A stretch of 58,855 bases of DNA from an uncultured Enterobacteriaceae bacterium (GTDB lineage: Bacteria > Pseudomonadota > Gammaproteobacteria > Burkholderiales > SG8-39): positions 1 to 58,855 of the forward strand of contig CAYZFN010000224.1 of the NCBI GenBank assembly GCA_964477695.1. Direction: 5' to 3'. Within the stretch, counting starts at the first letter, position 1; every line of letters begins with the position of its first letter. The position numbers and the translations under genes were made by a program. The notes beneath the pieces were generated by a model. That model searched no databases. It saw nothing but the letters and a program-made list of their open reading frames with translations, and was not told the origin of the DNA. Positions 49,411 to 58,855 of this stretch are shown in pieces.

Positions 49411-50849
49411 TAGCCTTTGTCGGTGAGGCCGGAGACCGTGACGAACGCCATGATCTCGCCGCGCTTCACCTGCAGCGTGAACACGCTGTTCTTGTCGAGC
49501 GAGGCGAGCAGCTTGTTGAACTGCTCGACCGACTTGAGCTCGGTCTGCTGACCCTTGTGGACGAGCGTGAGCAGCACGTCGCCCTTGCGCACGTCGGCGC
49601 GCGAATCGGGCCGCACCTCGCTGACCATCAGGCCGTGCGGCAGCTTCATCTCCTTCTTCTGGTCGGCGGTGAGCTCGCTCACCACGATGCCCAGGCGGTT
49701 GGCCTGCGCCTCGGGCGCCTTCTGCGGCTTGGGCCGATCGGCCGCCGCCACGCGATCCTCGACCAGCTCGCCGACCGTGATGCTCAGCTTGCGCGTCGCG
49801 CCCTTGTGCCACACCTCGAGCGGCACCTGCGATGCCGGACGCGTGCCGCCGACGATGCGCGGCAGGTCGCTCGAGCTCTCGACCGCCTTGCCGTCGAACG
49901 AGACGATGATGTCGGTCGCCTCCACGCCCGCCTTCTCGGCCGGGCTGCCCTTCTCCACCGAATTGACGAGCGCGCCGCGCGCGCGATCCAGGCCGAACGA
50001 AGTGGCGAGGTCGCGCGTCACTTCCTGGATCACCACGCCGATGCGGCCGCGGGAAACTCGACCCTTGTCTTTCAACTGCTTCTGCACATCCAGGGCAACA
50101 TCCGCGGGGATGGCGAAGGAGAGGCCCATGAAGCCGCCGGTGCGGCTGTAGATCTGCGAGTTGATGCCGACCACCTCGCCGCGCAGGTTGAAGAGCGGCC
50201 CGCCCGAGTTGCCCGGGTTGATCGCCACGTCGGTCTGGATGAACGGCACGAAGTTCTCCTGCGGCAGCGAGCGGCCCTTGGCGCTGACGATGCCCGCGGT
50301 CACCGAGTTCTCGAAGCCGAACGGCGCGCCGATCGCCACCACCCACTCGCCCACCTTGAGCTTCCCCGGATCGCCGAAGCGCACCGCCGGCAGGCCCGCG
50401 GCGTCGATCTTGATCAGCGCGATGTCGCTGCGCTTGTCGGCGCCGATCACCTTGGCCTTGAACTCGCGCTTGTCGGGCAGCTTGACGTTGATCTCGTCGG
50501 CGCCTTCCACGACGTGGGCATTGGTGAGCACGTAGCCGTCGGCGCTGATGATGAAGCCCGAGCCGAGCGAGCGGCTCTCCGAGCGCGGCGAAGGCGCCTG
50601 CGGGCCCTGGCCGGGCCCGGGCCGCGGAATGAAGCGCCGGAAGAATTCCTGGATTTCCTCGTCCTCGAGGCCCGGAACCTGCGGCAGCGCCTGCGTGCGC
50701 CGCACGGCCTGCGTGGTGCTGATGTTGACCACCGCCGCACCTTGTTCCTCGACGAGCCGCGTGAAATCCGGCAGGTCGCGGCCTTGCGCCAGGGCCGCCG
50801 CGCAGAATGCGGCGAGCCACAGGGTGGCCACGGCTCTAATTGTTTGCAT
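49410..50849 (-). CDS. degP: DegP/MucD-family periplasmic serine protease
   Basis: Signal peptide, LGSGFII, TNAHV, DIAL, INPGNSGGPL, two PDZ domains. Confidence 0.93.
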   Translation of the reverse strand: MQTIRAVATLWLAAFCAAALAQGRDLPDFTRLVEEQGAAVVNISTTQAVRRTQALPQVPGLEDEEIQEFFRRFIPRPGPGQGPQAPSPRSESRSLGSGFIISADGYVLTNAHVVEGADEINVKLPDKREFKAKVIGADKRSDIALIKIDAAGLPAVRFGDPGKLKVGEWVVAIGAPFGFENSVTAGIVSAKGRSLPQENFVPFIQTDVAINPGNSGGPLFNLRGEVVGINSQIYSRTGGFMGLSFAIPADVALDVQKQLKDKGRVSRGRIGVVIQEVTRDLATSFGLDRARGALVNSVEKGSPAEKAGVEATDIIVSFDGKAVESSSDLPRIVGGTRPASQVPLEVWHKGATRKLSITVGELVEDRVAAADRPKPQKAPEAQANRLGIVVSELTADQKKEMKLPHGLMVSEVRPDSRADVRKGDVLLTLVHKGQQTELKSVEQFNKLLASLDKNSVFTLQVKRGEIMAFVTVSGLTDKG

Positions 50850-50866
50850 GATCCTCTCCTGAGTCC

Positions 50867-51826
50867 CTAGCGGGACGGCTGCTCATTGGCGGGTCGATAC
50901 TCCACCGCTTCGGCTATGCGCTGCACGCTGGCAGCGGGCGCCTCGCCCACCACCGTGATGCGATGGTTGGCGAGTTCGCGAGTATAGATGTGGATCGCCC
51001 CCAGGCTCGCAAGGCCGGGGCCGCTTTCCTGTCCGGCCTGCAGCGGCTCGATGAAGACCGACACGGCGGCGAGGCCATCGGAGTACACGAGCTGGCCCAC
51101 CGGACGCGACTCCCCCATGCGGCGCTTCACCTCGACCACCTTCTGGAAGCCGGGCAGCTCGGGCTTGACGCTCCAGCCTTCCAGGCGTGCCGGCACCGCG
51201 TCGGCATCCTCGACGCGCCAGGTGCGCGAGTAATGGCGCGGCTTCACCATGTCCGGGGTAACGTGGCCGATCGTCAGCTGCGTGAAAGTAAACTGCTCGA
51301 CCATTTTCCCCGCCGCGTCGACCGTCATGGCGCGCACCAGCATGCCGCTGTTGACGTCGGCGTAAAGACGGTAGCCGTAGCGCAGGCTGTCCTTCGGCGT
51401 CAGCACCACCGCCTGGCATTCAAAGCCGCCGACCCGTTGCTTGTCGCCGAGGCTGATCGCGTAATGCTCGTTGAGCGGGCCGACCCGCTCGGGAAGCACG
51501 GCCGGAAAGCTGCGGTTCGGCGTGCGCCGCTCCACCTTCACCACGTTGCTCTGCGGCAGGTAGCAGCGCAGCGTGTCGCGTGTCCGCACGATCTCGCGCG
51601 GCATGCCGTCGAGCACTTCCAGACGCTCGACGTCGCCGTCGGCGAGGCGGGTAATGCGCGAGGTCTCGGTGCGACCGCCCTGCTGGTAGACGAAAGTACC
51701 GGTGTAAGAAAGCCGGTGCGAAGCGTCCTGGATCTTCTTCAGCCAGGCCAGCGTCTCCGGCGACTGGGCTTGCGCCGCCCCTGCGAGCACCACGCATGCC
51801 GCTGCGAGCGTCGCTCGCAGCCTCAC
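50867..51826 (-). CDS. rseB: Anti-sigma-E regulator RseB/MucB
   Basis: LSYTGTFVYQQ, ERLEVLDGMPRE, DSLRYGY, VYSDGLAAVSVFIEP. GTG start overlaps the rseA stop. Confidence 0.9.
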   Translation of the reverse strand: MRLRATLAAACVVLAGAAQAQSPETLAWLKKIQDASHRLSYTGTFVYQQGGRTETSRITRLADGDVERLEVLDGMPREIVRTRDTLRCYLPQSNVVKVERRTPNRSFPAVLPERVGPLNEHYAISLGDKQRVGGFECQAVVLTPKDSLRYGYRLYADVNSGMLVRAMTVDAAGKMVEQFTFTQLTIGHVTPDMVKPRHYSRTWRVEDADAVPARLEGWSVKPELPGFQKVVEVKRRMGESRPVGQLVYSDGLAAVSVFIEPLQAGQESGPGLASLGAIHIYTRELANHRITVVGEAPAASVQRIAEAVEYRPANEQPSR

Positions 51827-52326
51827 TTGGCCGGCTCGTCCATCGGCTCGGAGACCGTGCGCACATAAGGTGCCATGCCCTGCAGGTACACCCGCGGCGA
51901 GAAACCCTGGTGCGCAAGAAGGTAGTCGTTGGCGGCCTTCGGCAGCGTCGTCAACCGGACGGCGGGCGCCTTCGGTGGCTGCGCCGGGCCCTGGGCGACC
52001 TGCGGACCCCGCTGCGGCGGTGGTCCGAACGCGAGCCAGCCGACCAGGCCTACCGCGGCGACGCTCGCTGCAGCGGCCCACAAGAGGCGCGGCCGCGCCG
52101 CGCCGGCTGCGGGCGCAAGGACGGTCGGCTCGGCGGACAGCCGCTCGGCAAACCGGGCGCTGAACCCGTCGGAAAACACCGGCGTGTCGCGCAGGGCGTC
52201 GCTGATCAGGTGGTAGGTGCACCACACCTCGAGCGCGGCGCCGTCGCGCCGCAGCGCCTCGAGCGCCTCGGCGCCGGTTCGTTCGTCCAGCTCACCGTCC
52301 ATCAGCTGCGAGATCTTGTCTTTCAT
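51823..52326 (-). CDS. rseA: Anti-sigma-E factor RseA/MucA
   Basis: ISQLMDGEL, WCTYHLISDALR, transmembrane segment, DYLLAHQ. Confidence 0.9.
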   Translation of the reverse strand: MKDKISQLMDGELDERTGAEALEALRRDGAALEVWCTYHLISDALRDTPVFSDGFSARFAERLSAEPTVLAPAAGAARPRLLWAAAASVAAVGLVGWLAFGPPPQRGPQVAQGPAQPPKAPAVRLTTLPKAANDYLLAHQGFSPRVYLQGMAPYVRTVSEPMDEPAK

Positions 52327-52333
52327 AGAACCC

Positions 52334-52933
52334 CTACCATCGCTTGTCCTTGCGCGTGCCGAGCAGCGGCCGCAGCTGCTCCGCGATCGCCTCGCGCGCG
52401 CGGAAAATGCGCGAGCGTACCGTGCCGATCGGGCAATCCATCACTCTCGCGATGTCCTCATAGCTCATGCCCTCGATCTCGCGCAGCTGGATCGCGGTCC
52501 GCAGCTCTTCGGGCAGTTGCTCGATCGTCCGGTTCACCGTCTGTGCGATCTCGTTCGACAGCAGCACGCTTTCCGGCGTGTTGATGTCGCGCAACTGCTC
52601 GCCCTCCTCGAAGCCTTCCGCCTCTTCGGCCTCTACCTCGGTCGAGGTCGGCGCCCGCCGCCCCATGGCCATGAGGTAGTTCTTGGCCGTATTGATACCG
52701 ATCCGGTACAGCCACGTATAAAAGGCGCTGTCGCCACGGAACGCGGGGAGCGCACGGTAGGCCTTGATGAACGCTTCCTGCGTCACATCCTCGACCTCGG
52801 AAGGATCGCGGATGAAGCGCGAAAGCAGCCGGCCCAGCTTGCGCTGGTACTTCTCCACGAGGAGCTCGAACGCTCGTTTGTCGCCACGCTGTGCCCGCGC
52901 GACCAGCTCGCGGTCGATATCGCGGTCAGACAT
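52334..52933 (-). CDS. rpoE: ECF sigma factor RpoE
   Basis: AFELLVEKYQ, DVTQEAFIKAYRAL, FYTWLYRIGINTAKN, GTVRSRIFRARE. Confidence 0.95.
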   Translation of the reverse strand: MSDRDIDRELVARAQRGDKRAFELLVEKYQRKLGRLLSRFIRDPSEVEDVTQEAFIKAYRALPAFRGDSAFYTWLYRIGINTAKNYLMAMGRRAPTSTEVEAEEAEGFEEGEQLRDINTPESVLLSNEIAQTVNRTIEQLPEELRTAIQLREIEGMSYEDIARVMDCPIGTVRSRIFRAREAIAEQLRPLLGTRKDKRW

Positions 52934-53051
52934 CGCGTAGCGAGGGCTCCCCACCCCCGGACTGCCGCCCTGCGACTGCGGTCCGTTTGCAACGCCTATG
53001 TGCCATAGACGCAGGCTCTTGGAAATAGTTCGGCGCCAGGGCGGCGCCTCT

Positions 53052-53510
53052 TCAGCGCGCCAGTTGCTCGGCCGCCACGTCCGGCAGCTTGCCCCACAGC
53101 GCCCAGACCCGCAGCCTGCGGAACTCGCCGCGCCCGAGCATGTCGGCCGTGACCAGCAGCGTGCGCCCGCCGTACACGCGATCCGCGAGCGGGCCGACGC
53201 GCAGCGTCACGAGCAGCCGGCTGACGTACCGGCGCGGAGCCACGCGGCCGCGCACCGCCTCGCCGCTCGCGAGCTGCACGACCACTTCTTCGCCGGCGAG
53301 CTCGAGCGCGCGCACCGCGCCGCGGCCGCGCAGCAGCGCACGGCGCCATGCACTGGCGGCGCCGAGCGCGAGCAACGCGCCGCCGACCAGGGCGCCCGCT
53401 GCACCTCTCACCAGGAACCACGCCGAAAGCGCAGCGGCGGCATGTGCGGCCATGATCGCGGCGGCAAGCGCGGCGGACGGACGCAGCTCGAGCCGTCGTG
53501 CGGCGCTCAA
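53052..53510 (-). CDS. YgfX-like membrane protein
   Basis: [11 protein letters not shown], two transmembrane segments, ADML...[11 protein letters not shown] start overlaps the fabF stop. Confidence 0.7.
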   Translation of the reverse strand: MSAARRLELRPSAALAAAIMAAHAAAALSAWFLVRGAAGALVGGALLALGAASAWRRALLRGRGAVRALELAGEEVVVQLASGEAVRGRVAPRRYVSRLLVTLRVGPLADRVYGGRTLLVTADMLGRGEFRRLRVWALWGKLPDVAAEQLAR

Positions 53511-54745
53511 GCGCGCGCCAGGACGAGCGTCCCGTTGGTGCCGCCGAAGCCGAACGAGTTGGACAGCGCGGCGCGGATCGGCATGCGCCGCGCTTCGTTC
53601 GGCACGTAGTCGAGGTCGCATGCCGGATCGGGCGTGCGCAGGTTGATGGTCGGCGGCGAAACCTGGTCGCGCAGCGCGAGGGCGGTGAAGACCGCCTCGA
53701 CCGCACCCGCCGCGCCGAGCAGGTGGCCGGTCATGGACTTGGTCGAGTTGACCGCCACCTTGTAGGCGCGCTCGCCGAGCATGCGCTTGACGGCGATCGT
53801 CTCCGCGACGTCGCCGAGCGGCGTGGACGTGCCGTGCGCGTTGATGTAGTCGATGAGCGAAGGGTCGACCTGGGCGTCGCGCAGCGCGTTGCGCATGGCG
53901 CGGAACGCGCCGTCGCCGTCCTCGGGCGGCGCGGTCATGTGGTGCGCGTCGGCCGACACGCCGTAGCCGGCGAGCTCGCAATAGATGGTTGCGCGGCGCG
54001 CCTTGGCGTGCTCGAGCTCCTCGAGCACCACCGCGCCGGCGCCCTCGCCGAGCACGAACCCGTCGCGCTCCTTGTCCCACGGCCGGCTCGCGCTCGCCGG
54101 ATCGTCGTTGCGCGTGGAGAGGGCACGCGCCGCGGCGAAGCCGCCCACGGCGAGCTCGCTCACCACCGCCTCCGCGCCGCCGGCGATCATCACGTCGGCA
54201 TCGCCGTAGCGTATCGACTTCGCCGCCTCGCCGATGCAGTGCGTCGATGTCGTGCAGGCGGTGACCATGGCGAGGTTGGGTCCCTTCGCGCCGAGCTCGA
54301 TCGAGAGCAGCCCGGCCACCATGTTGATGATGCTGCCCGGGATGAAGAACGGCGAGATGCGCCGCGGGCCGTTCTTGCTCAGCTCGTCGTGCATGGCCTC
54401 GATGAGCGGCAGGCCGCCGATGCCGGAGCCGAAGTTGATGCCCACGCGCTCGGCGTTCTCCGGCGTCACCGTCAGCGCCGCGTCGCGCCAGGCCTGCAGG
54501 CCGGCCGCCATGCCGTAATGGATGAACAAGTCCATGCGCCGCGCTTCCTTGGGCGACATGTACGGCGCGAGATCGAAGTTCTTCACTTCGCCGGCGATCT
54601 GGCAGGCGAGGCGCGAAGGATCGAAGCGCGTGATGCGCGTGATGCCGGGCATGCCGGCGAGGCAGTTTTGCCACGCCTGCGCGACGGTATTGCCGATCGG
54701 GCTGACGATTCCCAGCCCCGTGACGACGACTCTGCGGCGCGCCAC
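53507..54745 (-). CDS. fabF: 3-oxoacyl-ACP synthase II
   Basis: [47 protein letters not shown]. Confidence 0.96.
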   Translation of the reverse strand: MARRRVVVTGLGIVSPIGNTVAQAWQNCLAGMPGITRITRFDPSRLACQIAGEVKNFDLAPYMSPKEARRMDLFIHYGMAAGLQAWRDAALTVTPENAERVGINFGSGIGGLPLIEAMHDELSKNGPRRISPFFIPGSIINMVAGLLSIELGAKGPNLAMVTACTTSTHCIGEAAKSIRYGDADVMIAGGAEAVVSELAVGGFAAARALSTRNDDPASASRPWDKERDGFVLGEGAGAVVLEELEHAKARRATIYCELAGYGVSADAHHMTAPPEDGDGAFRAMRNALRDAQVDPSLIDYINAHGTSTPLGDVAETIAVKRMLGERAYKVAVNSTKSMTGHLLGAAGAVEAVFTALALRDQVSPPTINLRTPDPACDLDYVPNEARRMPIRAALSNSFGFGGTNGTLVLARA

Positions 54746-54985
54746 TTAGGTCTTGGCGTGCGCCTTGATGTAATCGATGGCCTGCTGCACCGTCGTGATC
54801 TTCTCCGCCTCCTCGTCGGGGATCTCGGTCTCGAACTCCTCCTCGAGCGCCATGACGAGCTCCACGGTGTCGAGCGAATCGGCGCCCAGGTCGTCGACGA
54901 AGGACGATTCGTTCTTGATCTCGGCCTCGTTGACGCCCAGCTGCTCGGCGATGATTTTCTTGACCGCTTGCTCGATGTTTTCCAT
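54746..54985 (-). CDS. acpP: Acyl carrier protein
   Basis: [20 protein letters not shown]. Confidence 0.97.
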   Translation of the reverse strand: MENIEQAVKKIIAEQLGVNEAEIKNESSFVDDLGADSLDTVELVMALEEEFETEIPDEEAEKITTVQQAIDYIKAHAKT

Positions 54986-55015
54986 CGCTGCTCCTTCCCA
55001 AAAAGGGGGCGTATT

Positions 55016-55735
55016 TTACGACATGTACATGCCGCCGTTGACGTGCAGGACCGCGCCGGTCACGTAGCCCGCGCCGGGCGAAACGAGATAGCCGACCGCC
55101 GCCGCGACGTCGCCGGCGGCGCCCAGCCGGCCGAGCGGGATCTGCGCGAGCAGCGCGTTTCTCTGCTCGTCCGACAGCGCGCGCGTCATGTCGGTGTCGA
55201 TGAATCCCGGGGCGACGCAGTTCACCGTGATGTTGCGGCTGCCGAGCTCGCGCGCCAGCGACTTGGTCATGCCGACCACGCCGGCCTTGGCGGCCGCGTA
55301 GTTCGCCTGTCCGGGGTTGCCCGCCGCGCCCACCACCGAGGTGATGTTGACGATGCGCCCCCAGCGCGCCTTCATCATGCCGCGCATCACCGCGCGCGAC
55401 AGGCGGAACACCGCGCGCAGGTTGGTGTCGAGCACCTCGTCCCAATCGCCATCCTTCATGCGCAGCGCCAGGTTGTCGCGCGTGATAGCGGCGTTGTTGA
55501 CGAGGATCGCCACGTCCCCGAGCTCCTTCTGGATCGTCTCGACCAGCGCGTCGCAACGGCTCGCGTCCTTCACGTCGAGCACCTTGCCGATGCCCGGCAC
55601 ATTGGCCGCGCCGGCTTCGCTGGTCGAAGTGCCGACGACTTTCGCGCCGAGCCGTTGCAGCTCCTGCGCGATCGCGTGGCCGATGCCGCGCGAGGCGCCG
55701 GTGACGAGAGCCACTCTACCTTCCAGCATGGTCAT
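55016..55735 (-). CDS. fabG: 3-oxoacyl-ACP reductase
   Basis: VTGASRGIG, NNAAITRDNL, NYAAAK, NCVAPGFIDTDMT. Confidence 0.96.
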   Translation of the reverse strand: MTMLEGRVALVTGASRGIGHAIAQELQRLGAKVVGTSTSEAGAANVPGIGKVLDVKDASRCDALVETIQKELGDVAILVNNAAITRDNLALRMKDGDWDEVLDTNLRAVFRLSRAVMRGMMKARWGRIVNITSVVGAAGNPGQANYAAAKAGVVGMTKSLARELGSRNITVNCVAPGFIDTDMTRALSDEQRNALLAQIPLGRLGAAGDVAAAVGYLVSPGAGYVTGAVLHVNGGMYMS

Positions 55736-56658
55736 CCTTTCAGCGCGCCGAGCGCCTGCTCGACGGCCGCGCGGTCGGCGAGCGTGAACGACTGCACCTG
55801 CGGCGCGATGCGCTTGGTCATGCCGGCGAGCACCTTGCCGGGACCGCATTCGACGATGTGCGTGGCGCCCATCGCCGCCATCGCCTGGATCGTCTCGACC
55901 CAGCGCACCGGCGAGGCGGCCTGGCGCACCAGCGCATCCCTGATCGACGCCGGCTCGCTCTCCACCTTCACGTCGACGTTGTTGACCACCGGGAGCGCGG
56001 TTTTCCGCAGCGCAACGCTGCTCAGGTAATCGCGCAGCCGCTCCGCCGCGGGCCGCATCAACGTGGAATGAAAAGGCGCGCTCACGGGCAGCGCCATGGC
56101 GCGCTTCGCGCCGCGCAGCTTGCACTTCTCGATCGCCCGGTCCACCGCGGCCTTCTCGCCGGCGATGACGACCTGTCCGGGCGCGTTGAAATTGACCGCC
56201 TGCACTTCGCCGTCGGCCTCGGCGCACGCCGCCCTCGCCGCCGCGTCGTCCAAGCCGAGGATCGCCGCCATGGCGCCCTGCCCCGCCGGCACCGCGTCCT
56301 GCATCGCCTGCGCTCGGAAGCGAACCAGCGGCAGGCAGTCCCTGAAGCTCACTGCTGCGGCTGCCGTGAGCGCCGTGTACTCGCCGAGCGAATGGCCGGC
56401 GACCACGGCGGGCGCCGGGCCGCCGAGCGCGCGCCAGGCGCGGTAGACGGCGTAGCCCGCTGTCACCATCGCCGGCTGCGTGTTGACCGTCAGGTTGAGC
56501 GTCTCCGCCGGCCCCTCGTCCAGCAGGCCAACGAAATCGGCGCCGAGAACGGCCGCGGCCTCTGCGCGAACCGAGGCGATTTCCGGAAGGCCGTCGTAGC
56601 CGCGCAGCATGCCCACCGACTGCGAGCCCTGGCCGGGGAAGACCATCGCGAGCTTCAT
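55732..56658 (-). CDS. fabD: Malonyl-CoA:ACP transacylase
   Basis: [29 protein letters not shown]. Confidence 0.96.
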   Translation of the reverse strand: MKLAMVFPGQGSQSVGMLRGYDGLPEIASVRAEAAAVLGADFVGLLDEGPAETLNLTVNTQPAMVTAGYAVYRAWRALGGPAPAVVAGHSLGEYTALTAAAAVSFRDCLPLVRFRAQAMQDAVPAGQGAMAAILGLDDAAARAACAEADGEVQAVNFNAPGQVVIAGEKAAVDRAIEKCKLRGAKRAMALPVSAPFHSTLMRPAAERLRDYLSSVALRKTALPVVNNVDVKVESEPASIRDALVRQAASPVRWVETIQAMAAMGATHIVECGPGKVLAGMTKRIAPQVQSFTLADRAAVEQALGALKG

Positions 56659-57614
56659 AGCGTCACCACGCAGGAGCCCCAAGTGAAGCCGCCGCCGACC
56701 CCTTGCAGCAACAGCCGCTGCCCGGCGCGGATGCGCCCAGCGCGCACGTACTCGTCGAGGGCGAGCGGTACCGATGCGGCCGAGGTATTGCCATGATGGT
56801 CCACCGTCACCACCAGCTTCTCGCGCGCCAGATCGAGCTTGCGTGCCACTGCCTCGAGGATGCGCACGTTGGCCTGGTGCGGGATCAGCCAGTCGACATC
56901 CGCGAGCGTGAGGCCAGCCTTGGCGAGCGTCTCGCGCGCCGACTCCTCGAGCACACGGACCGCGAACTTGAACACCGCCTGCCCGTCCATCTGCAGGAAC
57001 GGCGAGCCGGCTATGCCGCCACGACACACGTTGCCCGGCACCGAGAGCATGCCCGCGTGGCTGCCGTCGGCGCGCAGCACGCTCGCATGGATGCCCGGCT
57101 TCGCGGCGGCGGCGAGGACCACCGCGCCGGCGCCATCGCCGAACAGCACGCACGTGCCGCGATCGTTCCAGTCGAGGATGCGCGAGAACACTTCCGCCCC
57201 GACCACGAGCGCCGTCTTGTGGCTGCCGCTGCGGATGAAGCTGTCGGCAGTGGCGAGCGCATAAACGAAACCGCTGCAGACGGCCTGCACGTCGAAGGCG
57301 GCGCTGCCCTTCGCGCCGAGCTTCGCCTGCACGAGACACGCGGTGCTCGGGAAGACAAAGTCGGGGGTCGAGGTCGCCACGATGATCAAATCGATATCGC
57401 CGGCCGCGACGCCGGCCGAGCGAAGCGCGGCGCTGGCCGCCTGCAGCGCGAGGTCGCTCGAAGTCTGCCCTTCGTCGGCGATGTGCCGGCTGCGGATTCC
57501 GGTGCGCTCGCGGATCCAGGCGTCGCTCGTCTCCAGTCGGCGCGCGAAGTCATCGTTCGTCATGATGCGCGGCGGAAGGTGGCTCCCCGTGCCGACGATG
57601 CGTGAGAAGATCAT
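56655..57614 (-). CDS. fabH: 3-oxoacyl-ACP synthase III
   Basis: [35 protein letters not shown]. Confidence 0.96.
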   Translation of the reverse strand: MIFSRIVGTGSHLPPRIMTNDDFARRLETSDAWIRERTGIRSRHIADEGQTSSDLALQAASAALRSAGVAAGDIDLIIVATSTPDFVFPSTACLVQAKLGAKGSAAFDVQAVCSGFVYALATADSFIRSGSHKTALVVGAEVFSRILDWNDRGTCVLFGDGAGAVVLAAAAKPGIHASVLRADGSHAGMLSVPGNVCRGGIAGSPFLQMDGQAVFKFAVRVLEESARETLAKAGLTLADVDWLIPHQANVRILEAVARKLDLAREKLVVTVDHHGNTSAASVPLALDEYVRAGRIRAGQRLLLQGVGGGFTWGSCVVTL

Positions 57615-58630
57615 GCCGAAATTCCAAGCTGCGCCATGCGCTGCGCAATGCGCTGCGGCACATCGTTGCGCACCTCGTCGAGCGCGCGCTCGAGCGCCTG
57701 ACCGAAGGCGAACACACCGGCCGAGCCGTGGCTCTTGATGACGATGCCCTTCAGCCCGAGCAGGCTCGCGCCGTTGTACTTGCCGGGATCCATGCGCGCG
57801 CGCAGCGCGTTGCGCACCGGGGTCGCGAGCAGCGCGAGCGCCTTGCGCCATGGGTTGCGCATGAATTCGTGGCGCAGGAAGCCGACGATCATCTGCGCCA
57901 CGCCTTCGGAGGCCTTCAGCAGCACGTTGCCGACGAACCCGTCGCACACCACTACGTCGGTCGTTCCTTTGTAGATGTCGTCGCCCTCGACGTTGCCCTG
58001 GAAATTGAGGCCGCTCGAGCGCAGCAGCTCCGCGGCTCTTTTCACCGTGTCATTGCCCTTGATGTCCTCCACGCCGATGTTGAGCAGGCCGACGCTCGGC
58101 CGCTCCTTGTGGTCGACGGCGGAGACGAGCATCGCGCCCATGACGCCGAACTGCATCAGCTGCTCGGGCGTACAGTCGACGTTGGCGCCGAGATCGAGGA
58201 CGTAGGTGTAGCCGCCCCTCATGTTGGGCAGGACCGTCGCGATCGCCGGGCGGTCGATGCCGGGCAGCGTCTTCAGCACGAAGCGCGAGATCGCCATCAG
58301 CGCGCCGGTGTTGCCGGCACTCACGCACGCATGCGCTTCGCCGTTCTTGACCAGGTTGACCGCCACGCGCATCGACGAGTCCTTCTTGTAGCGCAACGCG
58401 AGCGCCGGGGGCTCGTCCATCGCCACAACCTCGCTCGCCGCGCAAATACGAAGGCGATCGCGCTCGCCGCCCGCCACGCCGCGCGCTGCCAGTTCACGCG
58501 CCAGCGCCTCGGGCTCGCCGACCAGAACGACCGCGACGTCCGGCCAGCGCGAATGGAAGTCGAGCGCAGCCGGCACCGTCACATGGGGGCCGTGGTCTCC
58601 GCCCATGCAATCGACCGCTACCGTGATCAG
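57611..58630 (-). CDS. plsX: Phosphate acyltransferase PlsX (apparent CTG start)
   Basis: [49 protein letters not shown]. Confidence 0.93.
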   Translation of the reverse strand: MITVAVDCMGGDHGPHVTVPAALDFHSRWPDVAVVLVGEPEALARELAARGVAGGERDRLRICAASEVVAMDEPPALALRYKKDSSMRVAVNLVKNGEAHACVSAGNTGALMAISRFVLKTLPGIDRPAIATVLPNMRGGYTYVLDLGANVDCTPEQLMQFGVMGAMLVSAVDHKERPSVGLLNIGVEDIKGNDTVKRAAELLRSSGLNFQGNVEGDDIYKGTTDVVVCDGFVGNVLLKASEGVAQMIVGFLRHEFMRNPWRKALALLATPVRNALRARMDPGKYNGASLLGLKGIVIKSHGSAGVFAFGQALERALDEVRNDVPQRIAQRMAQLGISA

Positions 58631-58635
58631 CGGGG

Positions 58636-58815
58636 TTACTCGCCTTTGGTCTTGACGACCTTCTTGCCGCGGTAGAACCCCGTCGGGCTGACGTGGTGCC
58701 GCAGGTGCGTCTCGCCGGTGGTGGGCTCGACGGCGAGCGCCGGGTTGCTCAGGTGATCGTGCGCCCTGTGCATGCCGCGGCGCGACGGGGACTTCTTGTT
58801 CTGCTGGACTGCCAT
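58636..58815 (-). CDS. rpmF: 50S ribosomal protein L32 (missed by ORF track)
   Basis: [22 protein letters not shown]...[17 protein letters not shown]. Confidence 0.95.
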   Translation of the reverse strand: MAVQQNKKSPSRRGMHRAHDHLSNPALAVEPTTGETHLRHHVSPTGFYRGKKVVKTKGE

Positions 58816-58834
58816 GGTGAAGCTCCTCTTTGTC

Positions 58835-58855
58835 TCAATGCTTCAGTTTGTCGCG
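58835..58855 (-). CDS. Last codons of an upstream gene, probably yceD/DUF177
   Basis: RDKLKH* directly upstream of rpmF; identity inferred from synteny only. Confidence 0.35.
   Translation of the reverse strand, partial: RDKLKH

Overview
GC-rich bacterial chromosome segment, most likely betaproteobacterial judging by gene order and protein sequences. It has four parts. (1) 1-6.6 kb: the tail of an RTX-type Ca-binding protein, an MhpD-like hydratase, and an asnB / ACP / acyl-AMP ligase / NadE-like / acetyltransferase operon. (2) 6.6-25 kb: a dense signalling region. It holds a phosphorelay (PAS histidine kinase, Hpt, PAS pseudo-kinase, REC, OmpR-type regulator) and an F7-like chemosensory cluster (cheY-cheA-cheW-orf-Cache-MCP-cheR-cheD-cheB). 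Directly upstream and co-directional lie a pseudo-cyclase-Ser/Thr kinase, a REC-adenylate cyclase-Ser/Thr kinase and a PilG-like regulator, with a divergent Ser/Thr kinase + PP2C pair next to them. (3) 26.2-38.5 kb: a lower-GC accessory segment between tRNA-Cys and tRNA-Leu(TAA). It carries a GGDEF/EAL protein, groESL, small stress proteins, a Crp regulator with a recurring candidate operator, and much duplicated, inverted or frameshifted gene debris. (4) 38.5-58.9 kb: conserved core genes on the minus strand except efp (rpmF-plsX-fabHDG-acpP-fabF-ygfX-rpoE-rseAB-degP-grx-lepAB-DUF4845-rnc-era-recO-pdxJ-acpS-nagZ, efp, uvrC-pgsA-tRNA-Gly-tRNA-Cys), with an unusual GGRGG-loop EF-P and no earP. 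No CRISPR array, rRNA, integrase or transposase was seen. All calls come from reading motifs by eye; no database searches were run. Many start positions were corrected relative to the ORF track.
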